Below, in pieces: positions 1-8,958 of a DNA stretch of 48,015 nucleotides (positions are counted from its first letter, which is position 1; each line of letters starts with the position of its first letter). The notes below the pieces were generated by a model. That model was not told the DNA's origin. It made no database searches and saw nothing but the letters and a program-made list of their open reading frames with translations. Location of the stretch: assembly GCA_003562365.1 (NCBI GenBank), contig PWVB01000338.1, positions 1-48,015 of the forward strand, given 5' to 3'. This DNA comes from Anaerolineae bacterium. Its GTDB lineage: Bacteria > Chloroflexota > Anaerolineae > B4-G1 > SLSP01. The position numbers were made by a program, and so were the translations under genes.

Positions 1-2
1 CG

Positions 3-134
3 ATTGCGGCGGGGATCACGGACCACAAGTGGTCGATGGAGGAACTATTATGGTACCGAGTCCCACATCCGCCCCAGCTTCCGAAACGACGGGGACGGCC
101 CTCCAAGCTGAGTGGCTTACCTGACCACGGTTAA
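3..134 (+). mobile_element. 3' end of an IS-type transposase gene, truncated by the window edge
   Basis: Frame 3 is open from the window edge: IAAGITDHKWSMEELLWYRVPHPPQLPKRRGRPSKLSGLPDHG*, with stop TAA at 132-134. I associate the AAGITDHxWSxEELL ... RRGRP tail with the C-terminus of IS1-like/related bacterial transposases. No terminal inverted repeat can be defined because the rest of the element lies outside the window. Confidence 0.5.
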
Positions 135-192
135 ATGTGGTGCTACCTGCGACCTGAATGGCTTCGGAAAGCTCACTGCTAGGCTGGACGGC

Positions 193-441
193 CTATGAGG
201 TCGTCTTCCCAAGTCCGATCGCCAGCTCATCAGTCCAAAGATGGCGATCGAAGCGGAAGGCCAACAGGTCCGGCAGCAGTCTCCCGATGCGGTTCAAGGC
301 CGGAAGCAACTCCATATGACATGCTAAAACTATCGCCTCAGGAACGCTGGTCGCCAACGAGAAGCGCGTGAGAAGGTAGTCGATGCGCTTAACGGCTTGC
401 CTGTTGTTGCATTCTCTTGTCCAATCGGTGAATCCTGCCAT
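193..441 (-). CDS. hypothetical protein or gene fragment (doubtful)
   Basis: The ORF 193-465 has an internal ATG at 441 (MAGFTDWTREC...). Third-position GC looks coding-like, but I recognise no family. There is no room for a promoter before the divergent GT gene. It sits next to the transposase fragment, so it may be a remnant. Confidence 0.2.
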   Translation of the reverse strand: MAGFTDWTRECNNRQAVKRIDYLLTRFSLATSVPEAIVLACHMELLPALNRIGRLLPDLLAFRFDRHLWTDELAIGLGKTTS

Positions 442-450
442 ACTAGTTCC

Positions 451-2850
451 GTGTTGAGAAGACAAAAGATTCCGATCCTGGTCGTCGTCCTGCTCGTCGC
501 TTTCTTGCTGCGGGTTGAAGGCCTGGCAGAACGCAATATCTGGTGGGATGAAGGCATTGGTGTCTGGCTAGCTCGTATGTCGGTCCAGGATGGGATCCGC
601 TGGACCGCCGGTGATGTTCATCCTCCCCTGTATTATGTGCTTCTGTGGGGCTGGCGCACCTTGGTGGGCGAGGGCGAGTTTGTACTGCGTTATCTTTCGG
701 TAGTTTTCAGCCTGCTCACGGTAGCGGTGGCCTATCGTTTGGGTGCTCTACTGGGCGGGCCCCGGACTGGAATGCTGACCGCCCTGTTTATGGCGCTGTC
801 GCGCTTTGCCATCTGGTGGGCCCAGGAGATCCGCATGTACGCGCTGGCGGCGCTGTGGGCTACTGGCGCCCTCTGGTCCGCTGTCTGGTGCTGGAAGGTG
901 TCCGAACCCGTTGCGCCGAATCAGGGCGCTGTGGATGCTGGCAGAGGCTCCTCGGATCGCGACGCTCCACCTTGGACGCCGTGGATTCTGTACGCTTTTA
1001 TGACGCTGAGTAGCTTCTACACGCTCTACCTGACAGCGACAGTGGCAGTCGTGACCAATCTCGGTTTCCTGGTGCTGTGGACTAAGCGTCGTTGGAAGGC
1101 AGCGCTGGGGTGGCGCTGGGCTGCGGCACAGGCCGTGGTCATAGGGCTGTTCTTGCCATGGCTCTATTACGCTCTGCCTCGGATGCACAGTTGGTCCAGT
1201 GACGCCCCTTTCACGCCCGGGTTCTTTCTAAAGCTATACACCACGATCCTCGCAGTAGGTACACCCATTGACCTGCAGGCTTACCTACCACTGACGCTGA
1301 CGGTCTTTGTAGGATTGACGCTAGGTGTTGTGTTGCTCTGGCGTCGGTCGCACGTCCCGTCGAGCTTTGGTGGCTTAGCGATGCTGGTGGGCGGGCTTCT
1401 GCTACCGCCGTTAGTGGTGATTCTGGTCTCCTTGCCTGCCCTAAGCTTTTACTTTTCTCGGCCTTTGGTGCCGCGTTATTTGCTCCCTCTGTCAGTCTGT
1501 TACACAGTGCTACTGGCGTGGTCGATTGATAATCTACGCTGGCGTGGGGCAGCTAATGCGGATCGCTGTTGTGGGCTTTGCCGTGGACTAGCCTTAGGCA
1601 TTGCTGGAGTGGGATTGATCGCTGCTCTAGCAGGGCTGGTTACCTACTATCCCGGTCGCGCCCGGCGGGATGACTTTGTGACCGTTGGGGAGATCCTCCG
1701 CGCGCATCGGCACCCCGAAGACGTGGTGGTGCTGTATGTTGACCGTGATTGGCCGATCCTCACGGCTCATTACGGCGGGCCGCGTCACGACCTGGCCTAT
1801 GGTGCTCCTTTAAGCGAACTGGCGGTGGTAGAGGCACGCCTGTACCCTCTCTGGGAGGGGGCGAGTGGGGTCTGGTTGGTGTCGACGCCTGAGTCATTGC
1901 AGGCTGATCCACAACAGGCCGTGCCTCAATGGTTGGAGGAGCGAGCGGTGGTTACCAAAACGTTTGTGCGTGGAGAGACTTCCCTGACCTTCTATGCGCG
2001 CACGCCTCAGCGGGCGGCCCAGCTCGCGACAGTGGTTCCGGGCTTCATCGTGCCGGTTATGGTTGGGACACCATTCGGCCTCGCCGGTGCATCGATTCCT
2101 TTGCCCCGCTATCTCACTGGTGATACACTGCACCTTGGTCTCTATTGGGTGCCGCCGGTGCATCGTAACGCGCATGTGGTGCTACGTGGTGAGACCGCCG
2201 AGCGAAGCTATCCGGCACCACCGCCGTCGGATAACATCAACTTGGTTCGTAGCCAGGTCAGCATCCCGCTGTCGCCCGACCTGGACGGCGGTGTCTATCG
2301 GATTGATGTTGTCGTCCCAGGCTACGTCCCGGTGAACGTAGGCGAGATCGAGCTGATTCGTAGAGTCACGGGCGCCGAACGTCTATCGGACATTGGGCTG
2401 GCAGCCATTGAGACGCGAGTCAATGTGGAGTTTAGATCGGATGGTGCGATTGAACTGCTGGGATATGCGCTGCCCACACTGGCAGTCGCGCCCGGCGAGA
2501 CCATCCCGCTCACGCTTTACTGGCGAACGACAAAACCCCTGTCAGAACGGTACAAGGTCTTCACCCACGTAGTGGGTGAGACCTACAATGCCAGCAGTGG
2601 GACGTTCCTCTGGGGCCAGCAGGACAACGAACCGGCAAATGGTCAAGCACCGACGACAGTGTGGACACCAGGAGCCATCATTGAGGACGGCTATCGTATT
2701 GCCCTCGACCCGCAGGCTCCCTCGGGGACCTATGGCATAGTCGTTGGGCTCTACGGATTGATCGATGGGGTCCGGCTTTCGGCTACAAGTCCAACGCAGT
2801 CGATTACTGACAACGCTGTGCTGCTGGCGACGGTGACGGTTACCGAATGA
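451..2850 (+). CDS. polytopic membrane glycosyltransferase, GT39/GT83 (PMT/ArnT-like), with a C-terminal extracytoplasmic repeat domain
   Basis: The N-terminus reads ...LLVAFLLRVEGLAERNIWWDEGIGVWLARMS...GDVHPPLYYVLLWGW, followed by about 11 further hydrophobic segments, as in ArnT/PMT_2-type enzymes. The C-terminal ~250 aa is soluble and contains two related LYW motifs. The start is uncertain: the ORF opens with TTG at 397, and I prefer GTG at 451 (VLRRQKIPILVVV...). There is no in-frame ATG before the first TM segment. Confidence 0.8.
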   Translation: MLRRQKIPILVVVLLVAFLLRVEGLAERNIWWDEGIGVWLARMSVQDGIRWTAGDVHPPLYYVLLWGWRTLVGEGEFVLRYLSVVFSLLTVAVAYRLGALLGGPRTGMLTALFMALSRFAIWWAQEIRMYALAALWATGALWSAVWCWKVSEPVAPNQGAVDAGRGSSDRDAPPWTPWILYAFMTLSSFYTLYLTATVAVVTNLGFLVLWTKRRWKAALGWRWAAAQAVVIGLFLPWLYYALPRMHSWSSDAPFTPGFFLKLYTTILAVGTPIDLQAYLPLTLTVFVGLTLGVVLLWRRSHVPSSFGGLAMLVGGLLLPPLVVILVSLPALSFYFSRPLVPRYLLPLSVCYTVLLAWSIDNLRWRGAANADRCCGLCRGLALGIAGVGLIAALAGLVTYYPGRARRDDFVTVGEILRAHRHPEDVVVLYVDRDWPILTAHYGGPRHDLAYGAPLSELAVVEARLYPLWEGASGVWLVSTPESLQADPQQAVPQWLEERAVVTKTFVRGETSLTFYARTPQRAAQLATVVPGFIVPVMVGTPFGLAGASIPLPRYLTGDTLHLGLYWVPPVHRNAHVVLRGETAERSYPAPPPSDNINLVRSQVSIPLSPDLDGGVYRIDVVVPGYVPVNVGEIELIRRVTGAERLSDIGLAAIETRVNVEFRSDGAIELLGYALPTLAVAPGETIPLTLYWRTTKPLSERYKVFTHVVGETYNASSGTFLWGQQDNEPANGQAPTTVWTPGAIIEDGYRIALDPQAPSGTYGIVVGLYGLIDGVRLSATSPTQSITDNAVLLATVTVTE

Positions 2851-2938
2851 AGGCCACCCGCCACCGGATCAGCTACGGCGATGGCTCTTGCGGCGTTATG
2901 TTGAGCCTGAGTGCGGCTCAGGAGGTATCAAAGGACGG

Positions 2939-4174
2939 ATGATTAAGAGTTGGAGACGTAACCTATGGGTCGTTTTTGCCGCCCAACTGCTGGCGATTAT
3001 GGGGTTCTCCTCGACATTCCCCATCTTTCCATACTACATACAGGATCTGGGTGTGGAAATGGAACTGGTTGCCCGGTGGAGCGGCATCGTCCTTGCCGCT
3101 GCGTCGGTCAGTATGGCCATTATGGGCCCCATTTGGGGCTCTTTGGGCGATCGCTATGGTCGCAAGCTGATGGTGATGCGGGCGATGTTCGGTGGTGCCG
3201 TCATCATTGGATTGCAGGGGCTTGCCCAAAATGTGGTTCAATTTGCCGTCCTACGATTGATTCAAGGGGCACTGACGGGAACCGTGATCGCCGCGACGGC
3301 CTTGGTGGCGAGCACCACCCCCCGCGATCGCCTAGGTGAAACGCTGGGCAAACTTCAGTTAGCCATATTTCTGGGTCAGACTTTTGGGCCAACCACCGGA
3401 GGAATCGTGGCCGATATGTTGGGCTACCGTGCGACTTTCTGGATGACGGCCGTCTACTTGCTTATCGCTGGTATGCTGATCCTTTTCTGGGTGAATGAGG
3501 AGTTTACCCCGGCTGAGGATGCCCTGGAGGGCAATCTATTACAGCGAATGCGCGGAGACTTCGCTCTGGTCTTTGCTGCCGGCTCGTTCCTGGGTCTGGT
3601 GTTGGGGTTGCACTTCGCGCTGCGGGTGGGCGTGCGGATGAGTGCGCCGACGGTTCCACTGATTGTCCAGGAGCTGATGCCAGATAGCACTCTGCTGGGA
3701 TCGGCCTCGGGATTGCTGACCACGATTTCAGGTATCAGCAGCGCTATTGCAGCTCCGATTGTGGGGCGCTGGGTTGATCGCAACCATGGGCGGGTGTTGA
3801 TGATGGGCAGTGGCTTGTTGGCCGCCGCCGCGATGATCCTACAGGGCATGTCGCAGACCTACTGGCTGTTGATGGTGGGGCAGTTCTTCCTGGGGCTAGG
3901 CGTCGGGGGAAGTATGTCGGTCATCAGCGCCTATATTGGACGGTTGGCACCGGACGGACGGGTGGGCACGGCTTTTGGGCTAGATGCCACCGCGGTATCC
4001 CTTTCCGGCGCGGTGGGCCCTCCGATAGGTGGTTGGATCAGTGACGTGGTGGACCGGCGTGCTCCTCTCTATGTCGGTGGATTCGCAATGGCGCTGGCGG
4101 GGCTAGCCGTCCTACGGCTGCCGCGGGACGCCGACGCGCCGGTGAAATCGCAGATGCCGGCCCAAGTGACGTGA
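2939..4174 (+). CDS. MFS transporter
   Basis: About 12 hydrophobic segments. The MFS loop 2-3 motif is GSLGDRYGRKLMVM, and there is a second-half repeat (VGRWVDRNHGR). The start is set at ATG 2939 (MIKSWRRNLWVVFAAQ...), downstream of GGAGG at 2921-2925. The track ORF starts with TTG at 2888. Confidence 0.85.
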   Translation: MIKSWRRNLWVVFAAQLLAIMGFSSTFPIFPYYIQDLGVEMELVARWSGIVLAAASVSMAIMGPIWGSLGDRYGRKLMVMRAMFGGAVIIGLQGLAQNVVQFAVLRLIQGALTGTVIAATALVASTTPRDRLGETLGKLQLAIFLGQTFGPTTGGIVADMLGYRATFWMTAVYLLIAGMLILFWVNEEFTPAEDALEGNLLQRMRGDFALVFAAGSFLGLVLGLHFALRVGVRMSAPTVPLIVQELMPDSTLLGSASGLLTTISGISSAIAAPIVGRWVDRNHGRVLMMGSGLLAAAAMILQGMSQTYWLLMVGQFFLGLGVGGSMSVISAYIGRLAPDGRVGTAFGLDATAVSLSGAVGPPIGGWISDVVDRRAPLYVGGFAMALAGLAVLRLPRDADAPVKSQMPAQVT

Positions 4175-4249
4175 CCACACGTCCGTGGAGATGGAAATGC
4201 CGAAGCTGTCGACTAACGACCTCATCGATCAAAACGAAGGCTTTGATGG

Positions 4250-4255
4250 TAGAAT
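4250..4255 (+). promoter_or_regulatory. possible extended -10 promoter element (TGgTAGAAT) upstream of the orphan gene
   Basis: tggTAGAAT lies at 4247-4255 in the AT-richer part of the 245-bp MFS-orphan spacer. There is no convincing -35. It would give a ~160-nt leader containing the 17-nt palindrome at 4370-4386. Confidence 0.25.
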
Positions 4256-4420
4256 ATGACTAGATAGCAGTGCCGAACTCAAGCACCTTCAAATTGGCTT
4301 GGTGAACGACAGCGCAGGCACCGAGGCAGTTTCTTTCGGAAATGGATTGGGTCGGTGATGACTGTAGCTAAGCCGCGCCGCGGCTTGCGGAGTCGTTAGG
4401 TGGGAGATACGGCAAGCGCG

Positions 4421-5419
4421 ATGCACAGGCGGGGAGCGAACAGGCTTCTGGCGGTTGTCGCCGCGGTGTGCCTTTGGTCTGTCGGATCCACTGCGGTCCG
4501 ATCAGAATGGTTGCCTGTGAATCAGCCAATGTTGCCGCCAGAACAATCGGAAGCCCGGCGTCTATCCCGCGAGGTGATCGTAACGCCAATGTCCCACGTG
4601 ACCTGTCCCCCACTCTATGGAGCGTTGCCTCCGCGATCTCCGCACAGCCTCTATCCGTCAGTCCCCTGGAACCAGCTCTCGAGTCGGACTGATGGTCTCG
4701 ATGTCGACCGACTTTGGCGCCTGCGGTATGCAGTTTACCAAGAGCTCATCTCCCAGGGGAGCGCGCCGCTGCTGACATTGCCCGAGATGGGATCCGGAGG
4801 GATCAACCAGGTCTGCCTTCTTCACGGGCGTAACGACGTGGTGACCAATGCTCAGCTCATCCGGATCATCGGGAGAGCATATCCTGAGGTCCCGCCGATC
4901 ATTGTTGCAGGGGCAATCGCGCAACAGGCCAGCGATGTCGAACGTGTCTTCGGCGTCGATATACTGGAACAGGTGGTGCTCGGAGTGCCGGGGTTGGAGA
5001 ACATATCGATTGGGATCGCGCAACTACGTCCCACTGAAGCGCACTTGTGGGGATTAGGAGCGGTTGACCTTTTCGACCCGGCAATTGCGATCTATGGGAT
5101 GTTCACCAAAGTCCAACTCAGTGTCGACCGAATCGCTGAGTTGCAGAACCCCCTTGCGCCAGTCCGCTCAACCGACCGCTATATGCTGTTGTCTTTGGCC
5201 CAAAATAGCCCGCGTGCGGTGGATGATTTCTTCAAGGTGGGTGGCGATTGGAGTGCGCTGCTGGCGAAGCATAACAACACGCGCGTGATGCGCTATTATC
5301 TGGTACACTTCGATTGGCTCGTCGCACACGGCTGGGAGCTGCCAAGTGATGTCGATTTGGAGGTGTGGCGGTCAATTGTCTTCTCAGCCCGCGTGAGGGA
5401 TCGGGATGGCGCTCAGTAG
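4421..5419 (+). CDS. hypothetical secreted protein with faint lytic-transglycosylase (SLT/lysozyme-like) motifs
   Basis: ATG 4421 gives MHRRGANRLLAVVAAVCLWSVGSTAV, which is signal-peptide-like. Later motifs are SIGIAQLRPTEA, DLFDPAIAIYGMF and LLSLAQNSPRAVDDF. In order and spacing they resemble SLT motifs (GLMQ(L/I).P.TA / D.FDP..NI / AAYNAGPG). This assignment is weak. Confidence 0.55.
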   Translation: MHRRGANRLLAVVAAVCLWSVGSTAVRSEWLPVNQPMLPPEQSEARRLSREVIVTPMSHVTCPPLYGALPPRSPHSLYPSVPWNQLSSRTDGLDVDRLWRLRYAVYQELISQGSAPLLTLPEMGSGGINQVCLLHGRNDVVTNAQLIRIIGRAYPEVPPIIVAGAIAQQASDVERVFGVDILEQVVLGVPGLENISIGIAQLRPTEAHLWGLGAVDLFDPAIAIYGMFTKVQLSVDRIAELQNPLAPVRSTDRYMLLSLAQNSPRAVDDFFKVGGDWSALLAKHNNTRVMRYYLVHFDWLVAHGWELPSDVDLEVWRSIVFSARVRDRDGAQ

Positions 5420-5696
5420 CAGCCTCCCCGCGTTATTGTCGTAGCTTCTCCCGTCAAACTGGGCCATCTAAAGGCGTGCATCTGTAGATCCTGCGTTTTC
5501 TGTCAACCGAAGAGTTAGTTGAAAAGCTCTTTCTCCAGAAGTCTCCCTTTTCATCAATCCTGCCCTTTCCCACCACACACGTTCTCCTTAATCCAATTCA
5601 GGCTCAGACTGCTTTCCAAGATACACGCAGGCATGCCCACCAAAACAGACGACAACTGAAGCCCGATCGCTACATTCGTCATCCCTAAGGCACTGA

Positions 5697-6101
5697 ATGT
5701 GGCGCTCCGACGTGGCCGCTGTTATCTCAGGTGATGATGTCGTGAATCGTCAGACGTGTGGCCAAGTTGCTTTCCTGACTATCTACCGACTTCGCGATGG
5801 GGAGATCGATTGCGATGATTCACACCGCATCTACCTTGGCACTGGGAGTAATCCGATGATCCGCGACCGACAACAGCGCATCTTTGAGGAGACGGCGCTG
5901 GCGGAACGCAATGCGCCACGCCGCGTGATCATCCAGCTTAACGCTACCTTGCTATCTGAGTGCTGGCTCGGACACATCTGCACGGCTACTGAGGTTTCCG
6001 CCTACGATCTCGGGTGCTTATCAGCGGCACGGCGGCGAATTCTCTGCGGCGCCAACTCACACAGTGGACGGCTCGAGCGCCAGCTCGGAGCCTCTCTGTA
6101 A
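5697..6101 (+). CDS. hypothetical ORF (doubtful; may be non-coding)
   Basis: It is the only ORF of 60 aa or more in the 637-bp convergent gap. It has a weak RBS (AAGG, 7 nt upstream), and its 3' end overlaps the end of the gamma-subunit gene by 45 nt. No family recognised. Confidence 0.2.
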   Translation: MWRSDVAAVISGDDVVNRQTCGQVAFLTIYRLRDGEIDCDDSHRIYLGTGSNPMIRDRQQRIFEETALAERNAPRRVIIQLNATLLSECWLGHICTATEVSAYDLGCLSAARRRILCGANSHSGRLERQLGASL

Positions 6102-6611
6102 GGCTGTGTAATTTGGCTCTAGCCATTTGCGCTGGCGCTCGGAGAGGTGCTCATTCAGCTGCTGCTTGACCGTGTCCAGCGCGACGATGCCGGTAGCCTC
6201 GACAAAGGCGCCGAGCAATACCATATTGGCAATCCGGACGTTTCCGAGTTCGGTAGCGATGTCGCTGGCGGGAATGGTGAGCACTTGAACCTCATCTCGA
6301 TTGCTCTTGCGCGAGACCAGGGAGCTGTTGACGACAAGCAGGCCGCCCTTTCTGACCAGCAGCTCGTATTTTTCCATTGAGGGACTGTTCATCACCACCG
6401 CGGCGGATGGGTTGCGCACGACGGGCGCGCCGATTTTCTCTTCGGACAGGATGACAGTGCAGTTAGCGGTGCCACCGCGCATTTCAGGGCCGTAGGAGGG
6501 GATCCAAGTTACGTAGAGTTCCTCGGCGAGGCCTGCATAGGCCAGCAGTTGTCCGGCAAAGAGCACCCCTTGGCCACCGAATCCGGAGAAGACTGTTTCG
6601 ATATGTCGCAT
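6057..6611 (-). CDS. 2-oxoacid:ferredoxin oxidoreductase, gamma subunit
   Basis: [28 protein letters not shown]...[13 protein letters not shown] is the classic gamma-subunit signature. The start is re-set to ATG 6611, with an upstream purine-rich AGGGGGA that could serve as a Shine-Dalgarno. The first 86 codons of the track ORF overlap the beta gene and are spurious. Confidence 0.9.
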   Translation of the reverse strand: MRHIETVFSGFGGQGVLFAGQLLAYAGLAEELYVTWIPSYGPEMRGGTANCTVILSEEKIGAPVVRNPSAAVVMNSPSMEKYELLVRKGGLLVVNSSLVSRKSNRDEVQVLTIPASDIATELGNVRIANMVLLGAFVEATGIVALDTVKQQLNEHLSERQRKWLEPNYTALQRGSELALEPSTV

Positions 6612-6639
6612 CGTTCCCCCTGTTGCCGTCTGCTTTATA

Positions 6640-7443
6640 CTATACTTTGAGCGTTTTGACCGCATCCGTGATCTTGAAGGTCTCCACGGGATAATAGGCG
6701 CCCATCTGCTCCTTAGCCCATTGCATAGCCTCCCAAGGATCTTGGTTCCAGTTGGTGGGGCAGGTTGAGAGGACCTCAACGCAGGCGAAGCCGAGCTGGT
6801 GGATCTGAGCCAGAAACGCTCGCTTGATCGCTTTTTTAGTTCTGTGGATGCCGGAAACATCCGTCGCATGCTCGCGAGTGATGTAGGCGGCGCCCGCGGT
6901 CTGGGCCAATATCTCAGACATCTTGATGGGGTAACCTGCCAGCGTGCAGTCGCGGCCGGTCGGGGTAGAGGTGGTGACCATGCCTGGTAACGTTGTCGGG
7001 GCCATCTGGCCGCCGGTCATACCATAGATAGCGTTGTTGACGAACACTGTAGTGATCAGCTCGCCCCGATTCGCAGCGTGGAGGATTTCGGCAGTTCCGA
7101 TGGCTGCCAGATCGCCGTCACCCTGGTAGGTGAAGACGACCTTATCGGGGTTGACCCGCTTGATGCCCGTGGCCATCGCCGGAGCACGACCGTGGGCCGC
7201 CTCAACGAAGTCAGCGTTCAGGTAGTTGTAGGCCAGGACGGCGCACCCCACAGGGGCTACGCCAATGGTTTCCTCACGGATATCCAGCTCGTCCAGCACT
7301 TCGGCAACGAGGCGATGAATGATGCCGTGGACGCATCCTGGGCAGTAATGGGTCGCCACTCGGGTTAGCGATTCGGGGTAACCATAGACGCGCTCCATAG
7401 CCTCCGGGATCTCAGACGCTTCAATATGAACGTCTTCGGTCAT
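6640..7443 (-). CDS. 2-oxoacid:ferredoxin oxidoreductase, beta (TPP-binding) subunit
   Basis: HYCPGCVHGI...GCAV... cysteine motifs and the TPP motif TYQGDGDLAAIG...NNAIYGMTGGQ. The start is re-set to ATG 7443 (MTEDVHIE), preceded by GAGGAGGAAAC. At 267 aa it fits Kor-type (2-oxoglutarate) beta subunits better than Por, but the substrate cannot be read from sequence. Confidence 0.9.
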   Translation of the reverse strand: MTEDVHIEASEIPEAMERVYGYPESLTRVATHYCPGCVHGIIHRLVAEVLDELDIREETIGVAPVGCAVLAYNYLNADFVEAAHGRAPAMATGIKRVNPDKVVFTYQGDGDLAAIGTAEILHAANRGELITTVFVNNAIYGMTGGQMAPTTLPGMVTTSTPTGRDCTLAGYPIKMSEILAQTAGAAYITREHATDVSGIHRTKKAIKRAFLAQIHQLGFACVEVLSTCPTNWNQDPWEAMQWAKEQMGAYYPVETFKITDAVKTLKV

Positions 7444-7541
7444 AGTTGTTTCCTCCTCATGCAAGCTTGAAACGCAGCCTTGACGTCTATGTCGCTCCAC
7501 GATCCTATACCAGATTCCTGAACGCTGGTGAATCGGTCACG

Positions 7542-8603
7542 TCACTGGATAACTGCATCGGCGAGGGCTTGAAGATGCTCCAGGATCTCGCCAACCATTG
7601 GGATAACGCCGCCCATGCGACCGTAGAAACGAATCGGTGCGTGGCTCTGTGCAGCGCGCTGGACATCCTCCAGCATCTGTCCGGCGCTCATCTCAACAAC
7701 AAGTATGCCGCTTACCTGTCCGGCCAGCTCGGCCAGGCGCGCTTCAGGGAAGGGCCAGAGAGTCTGAGGTCTCAGGAGCCCGACTTTCAGGCCCGCTCTA
7801 CGCGCTTCGCGCACGACCGAAGTGCAGATGCGGCCTGCGGTGCCATAAGCGACCAGCAGTAAGTCGGCATCCTCGGTCTGGTATAGTTGGTAGCGCACCT
7901 CATTAGCCTTGATCTCGGTCAGTTTCTTCTGCAAGCGCAGGTTGGCTTGCTCGAGTTTCTCCGCTCCTAGATAGAGTGAGGTGATCACGTTGGGCTCGCG
8001 GTCGCGGGCACCGGTGACGGCCCAATCGGGTCGCGTCCTGCGCACCTGTTGCATTGACGGTAGCTCGGCAGATTCCATCATCTGACCAATGGCGCCATCG
8101 CCGGCGACGATTACTAGGGTCCGGTATTTTTCAGCTAGTTTGAAAGCGAGCCCGACCATGTCGACGATCTCCTGGACGCTGGAGGGGGCCAGGACAATGG
8201 GGTGGAAGTCACCGTGACCTGCGGTCTTTGTCATAAAGAGGTAATCGGCCTGTGAGGGCTGGATGTTACCCAGGCCCGGTCCACCGCGCATCATGTTGAC
8301 CACGACGACCGGTACCTCTGAGCCTGCAATGTAGGACAGACCCTCGGCCATCAAGGCCAGACCGGGACCCGATGTTGAGGTCATCACTCGCACGCCTGAG
8401 CTGGCAGCCCCGTAGACCATATTGATAGCTGCCACCTCGCTCTCTGCCTGGAGGAAAGTCCGTCCCTCCTCAACCATCCGACCCGAAAGATGTTCCAACG
8501 CTTCGCTCTGCGGCGTGATTGGATACCCGAAATAGGCCACAAGTCCGTTACGCACCGCTGCTTCAGCGAAGGCGATGTTGCCCTTCAGCAGTTGCCTGGC
8601 CAT
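7542..8603 (-). CDS. 2-oxoacid:ferredoxin oxidoreductase, alpha subunit
   Basis: [34 protein letters not shown]...[15 protein letters not shown] is the alpha-subunit N-domain signature. The start is re-set to ATG 8603, preceded by AGAGGAG. Confidence 0.9.
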   Translation of the reverse strand: MARQLLKGNIAFAEAAVRNGLVAYFGYPITPQSEALEHLSGRMVEEGRTFLQAESEVAAINMVYGAASSGVRVMTSTSGPGLALMAEGLSYIAGSEVPVVVVNMMRGGPGLGNIQPSQADYLFMTKTAGHGDFHPIVLAPSSVQEIVDMVGLAFKLAEKYRTLVIVAGDGAIGQMMESAELPSMQQVRRTRPDWAVTGARDREPNVITSLYLGAEKLEQANLRLQKKLTEIKANEVRYQLYQTEDADLLLVAYGTAGRICTSVVREARRAGLKVGLLRPQTLWPFPEARLAELAGQVSGILVVEMSAGQMLEDVQRAAQSHAPIRFYGRMGGVIPMVGEILEHLQALADAVIQ

Positions 8604-8616
8604 AGTTCGCTCCTCT

Positions 8617-8862
8617 CTAGGCGCTGCTGGCAGCGCCAGCCTCGCGCTTGCGTCGGTAGACGGTAAAGACGACGTCAGGACAGATCGTGGCACACGAGGC
8701 GCAGCCGATGCATTGTTCCATATCGGTCACGATGACGGGACGGTAGCCCTTGGCGTTGAAAGCATCCTCGGCGAGCTCCAAGATGTCGACCGGACAGACG
8801 TGGGTGCATAGGCTGCAGCCCTTGCACCGGTCGACATCGATGACGATCATGCCTCTGCCCAT
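8617..8862 (-). CDS. 2-oxoacid:ferredoxin oxidoreductase, delta subunit (2x[4Fe-4S] ferredoxin)
   Basis: There are two CxxCxxCxxxCP motifs: [12 protein letters not shown] and [12 protein letters not shown]. The start is re-set to ATG 8862 ([11 protein letters not shown]), preceded by CAGGAGG. Confidence 0.88.
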   Translation of the reverse strand: MGRGMIVIDVDRCKGCSLCTHVCPVDILELAEDAFNAKGYRPVIVTDMEQCIGCASCATICPDVVFTVYRRKREAGAASSA

Positions 8863-8958
8863 ACCTAACACCTCCTGATTCTCAACTTCTTCACGCTTTA
8901 TGCGTGGCAACACTTTCGCGGGGACCGATAGCATCCCGAGCTAGCGAAAGATCCTGGC

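Noticed and set aside
156-169. A 14-nt exact repeat, gaatggcttcggaa, also present at 45486-45499. I considered it as a possible IS end or REP-like element.
   Set aside because: My rough estimate is that a few identical 14-mers are expected by chance in 48 kb. Flanking similarity decays immediately, and I noticed no further copies.
5697-5860. An idea that VAFLTIYRLRDGEI… is the remnant of a SnoaL/NTF2-like C-terminus with a frameshift.
   Set aside because: I translated the alternative frame (…GRSIAMIHTASTLALGVIR*), which gave only a vague resemblance. There is no upstream continuation in any frame. This is too weak to report as a pseudogene.
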